From a virus (taxonomy: Duplodnaviria > Heunggongvirae > Uroviricota > Caudoviricetes), in IMG/VR virus record IMGVR_UViG_3300044445_000054: DNA of 64,000 nt; one strand, written 5' to 3'. Made by a program: the position numbers and the translations under genes. Below are positions 7,961 to 17,756 of the stretch, one piece after another; the stretch's first letter is position 1, and each line of letters begins with the position of its first letter. The notes under the pieces were generated by a model. That model saw nothing but the letters and a program-made list of their open reading frames with translations. It did no database searches and was not told where the DNA came from.

Positions 7961-10309
7961 TTACGCGGCGGCCTTGAAGTCGATCGGACAGGCACCCGAC
8001 GAACAGTCGACGTGCTCCCGGCCAATGTCCTCGGCGACTGCCTCGGTGATGGCGCGGGTGATCTCTTCGTACTGCGCCTTGGTCACGGGTTCCTCGGGCA
8101 GATATTCGTACGCCGAGTTGGCCGCGTCCGTCTGCGGCATGACCGAGCACGCCCGCACGTCGCCCTGATTGGCGGTCAGCGTCGCCAGATACTGCTCGAA
8201 GGACGTGTCCTCGAACTTGTACTTGAGCGTGTAGCTGATCTGCCCGCCGTGGCGGTCCTCGCCGGGCCGCGCGCCGTTGCCCGCCAGATACTCGGCGACG
8301 CTGCCGCCCTCGATCCAGAAGAACTCACCCAGCTTGAGCCAATCGTACTGCTGCTGCGGCGTGGCGTCGCCCGCCAGCACCAGCTCGTCGCCCATGCCCA
8401 GCGTCGCAATCGTCGGCTCGGTCGGGAAACCGACGACGGTCGTGCCCTGATAGGTGACCAGCTCCTTGGTCTGGTAGCCCTTGGCCTTGTACTCGGCGAC
8501 CTGCGGGCTGTCGGACCGGAACTGGACCCAGCGCAGGTAGAAGGCGAGCGCCGGAAGATGCCAGCCCTCGGACAGGCCGAACAGCTTGGACGTCGTGCCC
8601 GCAGGCTTGATCGTCGTGACCGTGTGCGGGCGCTCCACGCCGATCGCATCGGCATACGCGAACGCGGCGCGCATGACGTGGCGGGCGTAGTGACCTTGGA
8701 ACTCCCAGAACGCGGCGGCGCGAACGCGGGGGCGGGTGTCCTTGGACAGAGTCTGGATAACCACCAGCGGGTCAGCGAACGGCGGAAAGTGTGCTGCGAC
8801 CTCGGTGTACCCGGCGAAGTCCGGCGCGACCAGATCGTTGAACCCGACCTTGAAGAACTTCCACGCGAACTCATGGACGCCCGTCTGCCCGACGCCGATC
8901 CGGTTCGTGCGAGCCGTCTCCTTGGCGTACAGGTTGTCCATCAGGTTGACGCGGATCAGGGCGCGTGCCGAATGCTCACCGGCGTCGAGGATTTCCTCGA
9001 AGCTGTCGGCGTGGAAGGGCACGTTGTCGGCGATGACGCAGTAGCCGCCGTACAGGGCCAGCGGGATTTCGCCGCAGGGGTTGACGATGGTGTAGTGCTT
9101 TTTCTTTTTCGCACGCTTGGCGACCGCGCGTAGCAGCATGGTCGTCTCGTCGCTGACCTGAAAGCGCATCGACCCGACGCCGACGACGTCCGGCACCTCA
9201 CCCTTCTGCGTCAGCTCGTCGAGGTTCAGGAACCCCGGCTCGCCCGTGCCATCGGCGTAGCTGCACTCGGCGGCGACGCGCATGACCTCGCGAGCGTGGC
9301 GCGTCATTTCCGAGTTGTACCCCTGATCGCCGGGCTGCAACGCGAGGCGACGCCAGAAGTCCTTGGTCACGCCGATCGAGTTGTTCGAGGACCACAGGAA
9401 CGGGAAGGGCTGCACGCCCGAGGCACGCAGGGCCACGACCTCGTCCATCGACAGGCCGTCGAACTCGGTCGGACGCTTGATGCGGATGAAGTCCAGCACC
9501 GACTTGTCGGTCCAGATTTTCACCGCCATGCGCGCCGCCCGTCGCGCGCCGCCGACCAGCACCGGCTCGGCGAGGTAGTGGTCGACGTACATCGCCTGCA
9601 ACCACTTGGGCAGGCCCGCGCCGCGCAGCGTGGCGATCTTGTGCAGCGCGTCCATCATCGGACGCGGGCCGGACGACGGCCGGTTCTGCATGCCAGCGAT
9701 CGGCGAACCCTTGGGGCGCACGTCGGAGAAGTCGAGGACGAGGATGTGATCGCGGAACGCCTTCTGGAAAGCGTGCGTCTCCATCTGCTCGATCGCCTGC
9801 GCCCAGCCCTCGCGGCTGTCTGGCACCTTGAACCAGATGACGCGCTCGCCCTTGGCGTACTTGTGCCGGGCGTCCTTTACGCTCTCGTCGGTGCCCCAGA
9901 TGAAGTCGGCATGGGCTTCGTCGAGGACGCAGCGGACATTGGGACAGTCGTCCCAGTCGACGACCATCATGTCGTCGTCGTAGCTGCGGCCGACGCCGGA
10001 GCCGTTGAGCAGGAGGTAGAACAGGAGCATCGACAGCGCGCTGGTCGAGCAGTTCGAGAAGACTTCGAGGTTGCGGGTGGGCTGGTCCGCGTCACCGTGT
10101 TGCAGGTGGCGACCACTCATCAGGATGGTGGCGTTGCGCAGGTGGCTCTGGAAGCCTTCGCGGTCCAGCTTGCCGGAGTCGTGGAGCATCGTGTTGCCGA
10201 GGCTTACGCGGTCGGCGACGTCGCCCCACCCCTCACCGGGGCGCAGGATGGTGCGTTCTGCAACAGCCTGGCCCATGCCGGGGTGGAACGCGCGTGCGAG
10301 GGTCGTCAT
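7961..10309 (-). CDS. ribonucleotide reductase large chain (probably class II, B12-dependent; no NrdB in window)
   Basis: 782 aa. Active-site block TIVNPCGEIPLALYGGYCV (NxCxE). GGAGA SD. Confidence 0.85.
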   Translation of the reverse strand: MTTLARAFHPGMGQAVAERTILRPGEGWGDVADRVSLGNTMLHDSGKLDREGFQSHLRNATILMSGRHLQHGDADQPTRNLEVFSNCSTSALSMLLFYLLLNGSGVGRSYDDDMMVVDWDDCPNVRCVLDEAHADFIWGTDESVKDARHKYAKGERVIWFKVPDSREGWAQAIEQMETHAFQKAFRDHILVLDFSDVRPKGSPIAGMQNRPSSGPRPMMDALHKIATLRGAGLPKWLQAMYVDHYLAEPVLVGGARRAARMAVKIWTDKSVLDFIRIKRPTEFDGLSMDEVVALRASGVQPFPFLWSSNNSIGVTKDFWRRLALQPGDQGYNSEMTRHAREVMRVAAECSYADGTGEPGFLNLDELTQKGEVPDVVGVGSMRFQVSDETTMLLRAVAKRAKKKKHYTIVNPCGEIPLALYGGYCVIADNVPFHADSFEEILDAGEHSARALIRVNLMDNLYAKETARTNRIGVGQTGVHEFAWKFFKVGFNDLVAPDFAGYTEVAAHFPPFADPLVVIQTLSKDTRPRVRAAAFWEFQGHYARHVMRAAFAYADAIGVERPHTVTTIKPAGTTSKLFGLSEGWHLPALAFYLRWVQFRSDSPQVAEYKAKGYQTKELVTYQGTTVVGFPTEPTIATLGMGDELVLAGDATPQQQYDWLKLGEFFWIEGGSVAEYLAGNGARPGEDRHGGQISYTLKYKFEDTSFEQYLATLTANQGDVRACSVMPQTDAANSAYEYLPEEPVTKAQYEEITRAITEAVAEDIGREHVDCSSGACPIDFKAAA

Positions 10310-10347
10310 ACATATCTCCGTGAGAAAGTGGACGACCCTGCTACGCG

Positions 10348-10572
10348 TCAGGCAACCCGTGGTCCATCACTAGGTGGGGAATTACGGGGTGGTTTCGGTT
10401 GGTTGGCAGCAATGAAGCTGCTGATGCGGCGGGCGACGGCGGGCGACGCGGTCGGCAGCAGGCGCTGCATGTCGCGGATCGCGGTCGGCACGATGGCGGG
10501 GTTGGCTTCGCGGTGCGAGCGGCAGCGCTTGGCGACGCGCCAGTATTCCAGTCCGTGTTCGAATAGCTGCAT
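10348..10572 (-). CDS. hypothetical small protein
   Basis: ORF with weak SD. C-terminal half is low-complexity. Confidence 0.25.
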   Translation of the reverse strand: MQLFEHGLEYWRVAKRCRSHREANPAIVPTAIRDMQRLLPTASPAVARRISSFIAANQPKPPRNSPPSDGPRVA

Positions 10573-10575
10573 GGG

Positions 10576-11031
10576 TTATGCCTTATAGATAGGGAAGGGA
10601 GTCTGACACAGGACGATCATCTCGTCGAACGTCATCTTGCGGGCGGCGGCGAGCCGGGCGATCTGGGAGATCGTCCAGTTGTGCGTCCACACGCGGGCCA
10701 GTGCCGCCCGTTGCTGGCCGTTGGTCAGCCCGGTCAGCTGCGCGATGTCGGCGTAATGCAGGTCGTCACGCAGCAGCTGCAACTGCTGGCCAAGGCGCTT
10801 GCGCATCAGCTCGCTCGTGTCCTTGAGGCCGACAGGCGATGCCCGGTTGCGGCCGGTCGGCACGACCAGCCCGGCAGGCTCGGCGATCTCCTTGCGCATC
10901 CGGGCTGGTTCGTTCGCGGGGTCGAGGCCCTCGCGGTCGCAGATGTCTGCGACCGCTCGCCCCGCCTTGATGTGGCCGATGATCCGGGCTTTGCGGCGCG
11001 CGAGCGCGCCGCTGCGTACACTATCCGACAT
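10576..11031 (-). CDS. hypothetical protein (152 aa)
   Basis: Internal ATG (MSDSVRSG...) with GGAAGAGG SD. The track's N-extension is GC noise. Confidence 0.5.
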   Translation of the reverse strand: MSDSVRSGALARRKARIIGHIKAGRAVADICDREGLDPANEPARMRKEIAEPAGLVVPTGRNRASPVGLKDTSELMRKRLGQQLQLLRDDLHYADIAQLTGLTNGQQRAALARVWTHNWTISQIARLAAARKMTFDEMIVLCQTPFPIYKA

Positions 11032-11752
11032 ACCTCTTCCCTGTGCCGTGCGCCATGATCTGGATCGACACGCGGGCCTTGGCGGAGGTGCCCATGCAGG
11101 CCTTGCAGTCGATGCATTCGACCTTCTGACCAGCCTCATGGCTTGCCGGGCAGACGATCTCGGTGCCCTTGATAGGACCAACACCGAGCGGCGTCACGCG
11201 AAACGTGCGGTAGCCCAGCGCATGCGCGTCGACCATTTCAGCTTCGGTATCCGCCGATGCCATGACGAACGGGTGCCACGTTGCAGCATCGATCGATCGC
11301 CACTGGTGCGTGTAGCCCGTCCAGCCTTTGGCGAACTTGGTCGCCAGCTGCCAGATGCGGATCGGGACAGCAGCCGGGTCGCCGTAGGTGCCGAGCCGCA
11401 GCATGCGGTCGGCCGCCATGTCGACGAGGTCGAGGCCGAAGCCTGCACGCGGGTAGCTGCCGCGCTTGTACGCCGCCCAGACACCGCGGGGGCCGTGCAT
11501 CAGGGTGACGTAGCAGCTGCGACCCTTGCCGGTGCCGTCGCCGCGGTGCGTGCAGCCGCCGCAGATCGAGGCGTCGTCGCCCGACTTGACCGCGTCGATC
11601 GGCGGGATGTCGGAGCGCAGGATGTAGGTCTGGATCATCGCGCCAGTCTTGGCGTTGGTGGAACCGGTCTTGATGCCGGTGGCGATGACGACGATCGGTG
11701 CGCCGTCGAGCATCGACGGGCCTTCGTACAAGATGAGACCGTTGGCAGGCAT
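11021..11752 (-). CDS. Cys-rich hypothetical protein (possible Zn-binding)
   Basis: MPANGLILYEG... with CGGCTH...C and CIDCKAC cysteine clusters. AGGAGC SD. Confidence 0.5.
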   Translation of the reverse strand: MPANGLILYEGPSMLDGAPIVVIATGIKTGSTNAKTGAMIQTYILRSDIPPIDAVKSGDDASICGGCTHRGDGTGKGRSCYVTLMHGPRGVWAAYKRGSYPRAGFGLDLVDMAADRMLRLGTYGDPAAVPIRIWQLATKFAKGWTGYTHQWRSIDAATWHPFVMASADTEAEMVDAHALGYRTFRVTPLGVGPIKGTEIVCPASHEAGQKVECIDCKACMGTSAKARVSIQIMAHGTGKRYVG

Positions 11753-11762
11753 GGTGTTGCTC

Positions 11763-11957
11763 CTAAAGGATGGGAGTGAAGATGTACGCACCGTGTTCGA
11801 TGCGATGCGCGCCGCCGAGGCGACCCGCTTTCTTGAGATTGAAGCACCGCTTGCGCAGCTTGTCGTCGCGCCACCGCAGCGTCACCCTGAAGTAACCCTG
11901 ATGCTTGGCGATCGCGACGATCTGATCGGCTGTGAGGCCCGAGCCTCGGTTGGTCAT
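11763..11957 (-). CDS. small hypothetical protein (64 aa)
   Basis: MTNRGSGLTADQIVAIAKHQGYFRVTLRWRDDKLRKRCFNLKK... ATGA overlap with the NTase gene stop. Confidence 0.4.
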   Translation of the reverse strand: MTNRGSGLTADQIVAIAKHQGYFRVTLRWRDDKLRKRCFNLKKAGRLGGAHRIEHGAYIFTPIL

Positions 11958-12928
11958 CTGATCTGCTCCATATACAGGGCCAGCACCGTGCGGTCGGCCA
12001 GCTTGTGATCGGACTTCTCGGGCAGGATGCTGTCTTCCGACGCGCGACCGACGGCGGCGACCAGTTCCTCCAGCTCGGCGGACACGTCGCTGTACGGGTA
12101 CATGCCCTGCTTGATGCCGAGCAGGTAGGCGGCGTCGGGCCGCGGGAACGTGATGTGCCCGGTCTCCAGCAGCTCGATCGCCTGCCCCGCCACGCGCACG
12201 GCGTGGCTCACGGCTTTCCAGTCGATGCCGTCGTTGTCCTTGGCCTTGCGGGCACGCTCGCCGTAGTTCTCCCAGACCTTGGTCCAGATTTTCTCGGCCT
12301 CTTCGATCGAGATCGTCATCGGCACCTTGCGGTCGCAGACATTCAGGTGCCAGCAGCTCTTGCCGCCGGGGTGCGGGATGTCCTCCCACATGACGTGCTC
12401 ACGACCGGCCGACCAGTCGTGCAGCTTGGCCTCGATCGCCGACATCTTGGCCGTGCGGGTCAGGCCCAGCTTGGCGATCGCGAGGAAGTCAAGCACGCCT
12501 CGCACCGCACCCATGCGCGAACCCTTGATGCCGTACTTCGCCGCCTGCCGGACGCAGTAGCCGACGAAGCCCTTGCACTGGCGGTTGAGCAGCTGCTTGC
12601 CGATGTTGCGGACATTCAACCACTCGGCGCTCGGGTAGTCGACGGGAGCGAACAGGATTTCGGTGGCGACGGTGTCGCCCTTCATCAGCATCTCGAAGAA
12701 CTTGGCGACGCTAAACGACTCGTCGTCGATCGCGTCCGCGGTGTTCTTGTCGGTGCCCTCCGCCTTGGACACGACGTTGCGGTTGATGTGGTTCTCGGGG
12801 CGGCCGAGCACGATCGCCTCACCGGACGGCAAGTGCACGCCCTTGAAGTCCTGATCGGACTGCGGTGTCGAGGTGCCGTACAGGTGCGAGCCGTGGCGGA
12901 TGCGGACGAGTTGACGGACGGGTTTCAT
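11954..12928 (-). CDS. Pol-beta-superfamily nucleotidyltransferase (MNT/ANT-like motif), function unknown
   Basis: RHGSHLYGTSTPQSDQDFKGV fits GSx9-11DxD. 325 aa with a C-terminal helical domain. GGAGAA SD before MKPV. Confidence 0.5.
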   Translation of the reverse strand: MKPVRQLVRIRHGSHLYGTSTPQSDQDFKGVHLPSGEAIVLGRPENHINRNVVSKAEGTDKNTADAIDDESFSVAKFFEMLMKGDTVATEILFAPVDYPSAEWLNVRNIGKQLLNRQCKGFVGYCVRQAAKYGIKGSRMGAVRGVLDFLAIAKLGLTRTAKMSAIEAKLHDWSAGREHVMWEDIPHPGGKSCWHLNVCDRKVPMTISIEEAEKIWTKVWENYGERARKAKDNDGIDWKAVSHAVRVAGQAIELLETGHITFPRPDAAYLLGIKQGMYPYSDVSAELEELVAAVGRASEDSILPEKSDHKLADRTVLALYMEQIR

Positions 12929-12995
12929 GTGGTGTTCTCCAATAGGCATGAAGAAGGGGCCGAGCGGCCCCTTCAACATCAACAATGTGCTGGAC

Positions 12996-13238
12996 TTACT
13001 TGTCGTGGACCTTGACCACGACGGCGTCCTTCGGGGCACCTTCCTTGTCGAGGCCATCGCTGATGATCTCGACCTTGGTGCCGCGCTTGATGCCTTCGAG
13101 GCCGTCCTTGATCGTCGCCTGGATGTGGCGACCGTCGTGCAGTTCGAGAAACGCGTAGCCGTCGTTGGCATCCGTCACGCGGAACACCTTCTGCGCCTCG
13201 GCAGGCTTCGAGGTCGTCGGGGTGGGGGCATCTGCCAT
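12996..13238 (-). CDS. small hypothetical protein (80 aa)
   Basis: MADAPTPTTSKPAEAQKVFRVTDANDGYAFLELHDGRHIQATIKDG... GGAGAG SD. Confidence 0.45.
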   Translation of the reverse strand: MADAPTPTTSKPAEAQKVFRVTDANDGYAFLELHDGRHIQATIKDGLEGIKRGTKVEIISDGLDKEGAPKDAVVVKVHDK

Positions 13239-13239
13239 G

Positions 13240-13539
13240 TTACTCTCCAATCTTCGAGGACGTAATTGATATTCGCATCTCTGCCTCGTGTCGAGAACCG
13301 TTGCCGGTCATGACCCAAGGGATAACATCATGGACCAGACCGGGCGTTCCGCCACTCAGCCAGAAGGTCATGATCGTGCCGTTCATTTCGATCGTGTCGA
13401 CCGTCAGTGCGGGGTCAACTTCCACCCCGTAGCTGGCGATCCCGCCACCATTTGCAACCGCCTGCGCCCACTCGCCGTCATAAAACAGGCGCTCGCCGAC
13501 GGTCTTGGGCGGGAAGTTGGAAGGAAATGCGACAGCCAT
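13240..13539 (-). CDS. hypothetical protein (99 aa)
   Basis: ATGA coupling with the upstream 434-aa gene. Confidence 0.45.
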   Translation of the reverse strand: MAVAFPSNFPPKTVGERLFYDGEWAQAVANGGGIASYGVEVDPALTVDTIEMNGTIMTFWLSGGTPGLVHDVIPWVMTGNGSRHEAEMRISITSSKIGE

Positions 13540-13541
13540 AT

Positions 13542-14846
13542 CTATCTCACGATGAACGAGCGAGACGGAGCCGTTACCACGAAGCGACGCGAAGGCGAAG
13601 TAATAATGAAGCTGCGGCTCTGCGGTTGCACCACGAAGCGGCGGCTCGGGTCGGCACGCACCGACACAGGCGTCGTCCCGCGCCCGACACCGTCGGCCGT
13701 CGAGCTACCGCCCGCCGCACCGCCCGCTGCCACGTCTGCCGCGCCGACGCCCTCGCCGTCCGAGTGCCCGACCGACAGGCCACGCACGCAGACAGTGGCC
13801 TCGGCACGCCCGTCGGCCATGTCCCATCCAGCCGCAAGGCCGGAAGCGCTGACGTCCGAAGCCGCATCAGCTGACGCGGTGGACCGGGCGGCGACCACAC
13901 CGGCCGCGCTGATCGTCGAGGCTCCCACGCCCGCCGCCGTCGCACCGCCCATCGCAGTGCCGCGAGCGGCCGACTCGATGCCGACCAGCGTGACGCCCGT
14001 CACCGTGGCTGCACCCGCGCTGCCACCAGCCGCCGACACCGTGACGCTGACCGCGCCCGCCGCCGTGCTGCTTGCCGCCGCCGTGCCGCGCGCGGCTACG
14101 CTGGACGAGGCCGCCGCCGACGCTGTGGCGACGCCGTAAAGCTGACCGCTCGCGGTCACCGTCGAGGAGGCAACACCCGTCGCACTGGCGCTGGCCGCGG
14201 CGGTGCCCACCGTGGCTGTTGCAGGCGGTAGGTCGTAGAATACCGCGAAGCCTACAGGCGCACGAGTGATCGATGCGTTGGTCAGCTGACGATCGAAGTC
14301 AGGTGTTGAAAACGATCCGGTCCATGTGACAGCAGTAGCACCCGTGGCGCACTTGGCTGACACTGGCCCCGCCACCACGCGCGTCTGCGCCGTGCTTGAC
14401 CGCTGCGATGCAACACCCGGACCGACATACCCGACCGCAAGTGCGATGCCGGGGCCAGTGGCTGTTGCGGACACAGGGTCGGCGGTTGTGTCACCAGCGG
14501 TTGCTGTGATGCCGGAGGCTGTCGCTCCGTAGATTGAATAGATCTGCAGCGCGCCGCGCGCCATTCCGACATTCCATGTCGCGACAACATCAACGACGCC
14601 GCCAGTTGGAACGAGCGCGTAGAACATGCCCGCATAGTTGCCGCTGTTCTGAAAGCCGGTGATCGGGGTTGCTGCAACGCCGCCGATCGTCACGCTTTGC
14701 ATTGTGACTGTGTTGGCGGAACGCCCTGTCGCGCACACGATGACCAGCCGTTCGGGCGACGCCGTTCCAAGGTCGACGGACTGCGAGTATACGGTCGCAA
14801 AGGCGCTTGTGAAAAATGACCCGACAAGGACGGCCGACGCGGGCAC
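13542..14846 (-). CDS. fibre-like Ala/Gly/Ser/Thr-rich repeat protein with C-terminal PSR(R/S)F(V/I)(V/I) repeats
   Basis: 434 aa with long AS/TA/GA low-complexity tracts. The C-terminus is SRRFVVQPQSRSFIITSPSRRFVVTAPSRSFIVR (4 repeats). Confidence 0.5.
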   Translation of the reverse strand: MPASAVLVGSFFTSAFATVYSQSVDLGTASPERLVIVCATGRSANTVTMQSVTIGGVAATPITGFQNSGNYAGMFYALVPTGGVVDVVATWNVGMARGALQIYSIYGATASGITATAGDTTADPVSATATGPGIALAVGYVGPGVASQRSSTAQTRVVAGPVSAKCATGATAVTWTGSFSTPDFDRQLTNASITRAPVGFAVFYDLPPATATVGTAAASASATGVASSTVTASGQLYGVATASAAASSSVAARGTAAASSTAAGAVSVTVSAAGGSAGAATVTGVTLVGIESAARGTAMGGATAAGVGASTISAAGVVAARSTASADAASDVSASGLAAGWDMADGRAEATVCVRGLSVGHSDGEGVGAADVAAGGAAGGSSTADGVGRGTTPVSVRADPSRRFVVQPQSRSFIITSPSRRFVVTAPSRSFIVR

Positions 14847-14850
14847 GACC

Positions 14851-15279
14851 TTAGTCCTCGGTGATGACGGTCTGCGTCGTCAGCTTGGGGGTCACGTTCA
14901 CGCCAGTCGCGATGTTCGGGGTGATCGGACCCTTATACAAGAGCCGTCCCGCGCCCGACTGCGCCGTGCCGACGCCGAAGTGGGTGATCGTACCGTCGGC
15001 TGCGGTGCCGATCGGGAAGGAGATGTCCGCCGTCGGCGACACGCTGCCGCCCGTCACCGTCCAGCCGCCTGCCGTGCGCGCCACTGCGACGCGGGCGTAG
15101 CCGCCGTAGGCGACCTCGCTGGTCGACTGCGTGCCTGCCTCGCCGGGGTCGGCCTTGTGGAACGACACGTACAGGTTGGCGGCGGGCGAGATCGCTGCGT
15201 TGTCGGCGATGTTCGCCATCGCGACGCCGTTGAAGATCAGCTTGAGCAGATCGTTCTCGAATTGGTCAGACTTGGACAT
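14851..15279 (-). CDS. hypothetical protein (142 aa); by position and a tentatively remembered family match, possibly a fibre partner
   Basis: MSKSDQFENDLLKLIFNGVAMANIADNAA...LYVSFHKADPGEAG. I tentatively recall this family next to tail-fibre genes in alpha/beta-proteobacterial phages, but cannot verify that here. Confidence 0.45.
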   Translation of the reverse strand: MSKSDQFENDLLKLIFNGVAMANIADNAAISPAANLYVSFHKADPGEAGTQSTSEVAYGGYARVAVARTAGGWTVTGGSVSPTADISFPIGTAADGTITHFGVGTAQSGAGRLLYKGPITPNIATGVNVTPKLTTQTVITED

Positions 15280-15334
15280 GGGTATCTCCGAAAGGCGGCC
15301 CCTCGCTGAGCGAAGGGCCGCCCCCTGTCAAGTC

Positions 15335-16498
15335 TTAGTCCTTGCGACCCTCCGGTTGGAAGTCCACCACAACGGGGAAGCGCGGGACACCGTCCGGCGA
15401 CCGCATGAAGAAGCGAACCGTCGCGGTCGCGGTCGGCCACCACTCGGGGTGCGCCTGCCAGTCGGCGAGCAGCGCCTTGTTCTTGGCGTAGCTGCCGCGG
15501 ATGCCCGCGCCGAACACGTCTTGCGGGAAGCCCTCGTTGTTAATCAGGCTCATGCGCTTGGCCGCACCCGCCCAGTTGCCGGTGCCCGCCTCGATCGACA
15601 TCACCCTGAACTCTTCAGTGATGAAGTCCTTCATCTTGAGCAGGCCCTTGGAGCGGCGGCCGATCTCGTACTCGTAGCCGTCGGGGGCGAAGATGCCGCC
15701 TTCGTAGCCGTCGCCGATCGCCTCGCCGTACTTCTGGCGCAGCTCGACCTCGGTCTCGATGCGCGTGCCGAGCACCACTCGGATCCAATCCTCGGGGATG
15801 TTGGCCTCGTCGAGCAGCACCGCCAGCTGGAGCTTTCGGGCCGACCGATTGCCGCTGCCCGTCACCAGATCGTAGGCGTGGTACTGCATGACCTTCTCGG
15901 CCAGCTCCAGCTGCTCGGCAGTCGGGTTCTTCTTGCGGACGATCGAGCTGATCGCACCGAAGTCCTCGCGCAGGTCGTGGTTGTAAAGCTCGCCGTCGAT
16001 GACCGCGTCGGGTTCGATCGCGAACAGCGGCGCGAGGGCTGCGTGGATGTGGGGGACAGCGATGATCGGCTGGCCCTGCCGCGTCCACAAGCCGTTGATG
16101 TCGGCGATGCAGCGGATGCCGTCGAACTTGGGATCGAACGTGCCCGGCCCCGGAAACTTGTCGTAGGTCTTGGCGAGCATCGGCTCGATCATCTTGGGCT
16201 GCGACACCGTGTCCGCGGTCAGATGGTACTCGCGGTTCAGCTGGTGATCGTACTGCGCCAGCACCTCGAAGCGCGCCTGCTCGAAGGCGGTCTCCTTGGA
16301 CTTGGGCACCACGTCCGTCCAGCCGGACTCCGCCTGCTTGCCGTCGGCCAGGCCGGACAGCGTGCGGTAGCGGCCGAGCGGCGCGTTCAGCTCCATCGCC
16401 CACGTCCGCAGGCGGCCGGTGCTGTCGAGCTTGTAGAGGGTCGGCCCCATGCCAATCGTGGGCAGGACGCCGTCGATGCGTGCGATATACTGGCTCAT
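15335..16498 (-). CDS. ATP-dependent DNA ligase (T7-type)
   Basis: Motif I DPKFDGIRC (KxDGxR), motif III-like IDGELY. 387 aa. Confidence 0.85.
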   Translation of the reverse strand: MSQYIARIDGVLPTIGMGPTLYKLDSTGRLRTWAMELNAPLGRYRTLSGLADGKQAESGWTDVVPKSKETAFEQARFEVLAQYDHQLNREYHLTADTVSQPKMIEPMLAKTYDKFPGPGTFDPKFDGIRCIADINGLWTRQGQPIIAVPHIHAALAPLFAIEPDAVIDGELYNHDLREDFGAISSIVRKKNPTAEQLELAEKVMQYHAYDLVTGSGNRSARKLQLAVLLDEANIPEDWIRVVLGTRIETEVELRQKYGEAIGDGYEGGIFAPDGYEYEIGRRSKGLLKMKDFITEEFRVMSIEAGTGNWAGAAKRMSLINNEGFPQDVFGAGIRGSYAKNKALLADWQAHPEWWPTATATVRFFMRSPDGVPRFPVVVDFQPEGRKD

Positions 16499-16740
16499 GC
16501 GAGCAAATCCTTATGAATGTAGACCATCGAGTGCGTCGATGATCCGGCGTTGTTGAAGGGATAATACTGCCCCGGTGCTTCGAGGCTCAGCTCTTCCGAA
16601 CTGCGCCACACGCCCGCGCACGGCCCGCCGATGCACAGGTATCGCTGCACGCGGTGCCGCCGCGGCGGGCCGCCGCGCAGGATCGGCGCAGTCTTGACGA
16701 AGTAGTGGGTGCCCTTGTCGGACAGGATTTCGACGCTCAA
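16495..16740 (-). CDS. hypothetical protein (81 aa)
   Basis: ATGA overlap with the ligase gene. Confidence 0.4.
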   Translation of the reverse strand: MSVEILSDKGTHYFVKTAPILRGGPPRRHRVQRYLCIGGPCAGVWRSSEELSLEAPGQYYPFNNAGSSTHSMVYIHKDLLA

Positions 16741-16800
16741 CTTTCGTCTCCTTCGAAAAAGTCGGAAAACTCCGCAAAAATTTTTTCGGGGTTTTCCGAG

Positions 16801-17025
16801 TTATAGAACTTCTACGAGCGCCTTCAAGGGATAAATCTGAACGCTGCCTTCGTGAAGCTCGCTCTCAATCGCAACGCCCTCGCCGGTCAGCTTGGTCGTG
16901 TAGTAGCCCACCACCCGGCCCTGCCACTGCGAGCCGGAGAGTTTACGCCAGCGACTGCCCATCGGGGCTTTGCGTTTGAGGTTCTCCAGCCGCAGGTTCT
17001 GCTCGGCTCTCCAGATTGCGTCCAT
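16801..17025 (-). CDS. hypothetical protein (74 aa)
   Basis: GGAGAAG SD 6 nt before the ATG. Confidence 0.4.
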   Translation of the reverse strand: MDAIWRAEQNLRLENLKRKAPMGSRWRKLSGSQWQGRVVGYYTTKLTGEGVAIESELHEGSVQIYPLKALVEVL

Positions 17026-17554
17026 TATTCTTCTCCATCTCTCGTCCGAGATCGCGGAAGCGGTCGAACACGTTGTTGCCGTAGCACATCAGCTCGGTGT
17101 AATTGGCGCGCTGAATAGCGTCTTCGACCTCGATCTGGCTCATGAGGCGATCGCGTGCCTGATTGTAGTCGACCTTGGGCGGGACCGCCTCGATCCGCAC
17201 GCCGTTCGGCGCGTCGTGGTCCCGAACTTCGACGGTCTCGATGCTACGCACCGGGTCGCGGGGTGTTTCTTCCCGATCGGGAACGTCTTCGGGGTCCAAC
17301 CCGGCGTTTAGCCAGTCGATGACAGCTTTGCGGTCGCCTACGAACTCGGCCCCCACATCATCAACGACGCGGATAGTGCCGTCGGGTTGCGGATCGACAT
17401 GAGCAACGTCCTGACGTTGAGCAAGGTCGTTGAGGTAGGCCATCAGGCCTTCCGTGTCGGTGGGCACGTCCACGCGCTCGCTGTCGACACCCTTGGGGAT
17501 GTCGCTCTGGCGGTGGACGTAGCGGCTCTCGGCCGCGATCCAGTATAGCTTCAC
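16943..17554 (-). CDS. hypothetical acidic protein (203 aa)
   Basis: GTG start with AGGAA SD and GTGA coupling. Its 3' end overlaps the next gene by 82 nt. Confidence 0.4.
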   Translation of the reverse strand: MKLYWIAAESRYVHRQSDIPKGVDSERVDVPTDTEGLMAYLNDLAQRQDVAHVDPQPDGTIRVVDDVGAEFVGDRKAVIDWLNAGLDPEDVPDREETPRDPVRSIETVEVRDHDAPNGVRIEAVPPKVDYNQARDRLMSQIEVEDAIQRANYTELMCYGNNVFDRFRDLGREMEKNNGRNLESRAEPAAGEPQTQSPDGQSLA

Positions 17555-17754
17555 GGCAATTTCCTAACTTGCTTGGCAAGGTCTTGTAGCGCCCAAATCG
17601 ACCGAGCATTCTCGTGCTCGTGCCACATGATGTAGTCCATCACTTCCTTGGGCCAGCCGTCGGCTTTGCCCTTCTTGTAAAGGATGTCGTCACGCTGCTT
17701 GAAGGTATTGGCTCGCTGTTCAAGCAGCCGGGCGATTGTAGTTTTGTCAGTCAT
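17551..17754 (-). CDS. small hypothetical protein (67 aa)
   Basis: MTDKTTIARLLEQRANTFKQRDDILYKKGKADGWPKEVMDYIMWHEHENARSIWALQDL. Confidence 0.4.
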   Translation of the reverse strand: MTDKTTIARLLEQRANTFKQRDDILYKKGKADGWPKEVMDYIMWHEHENARSIWALQDLAKQVRKLP

Positions 17755-17756
17755 GA

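Noticed and set aside
13288-14139. 283-aa plus ORF and other plus ORFs across 1-40 kb; minus ORFs such as 49284..51602 across the plus-strand arm
   Set aside because: Opposite-strand shadows of better genes. No RBS. Biased composition.
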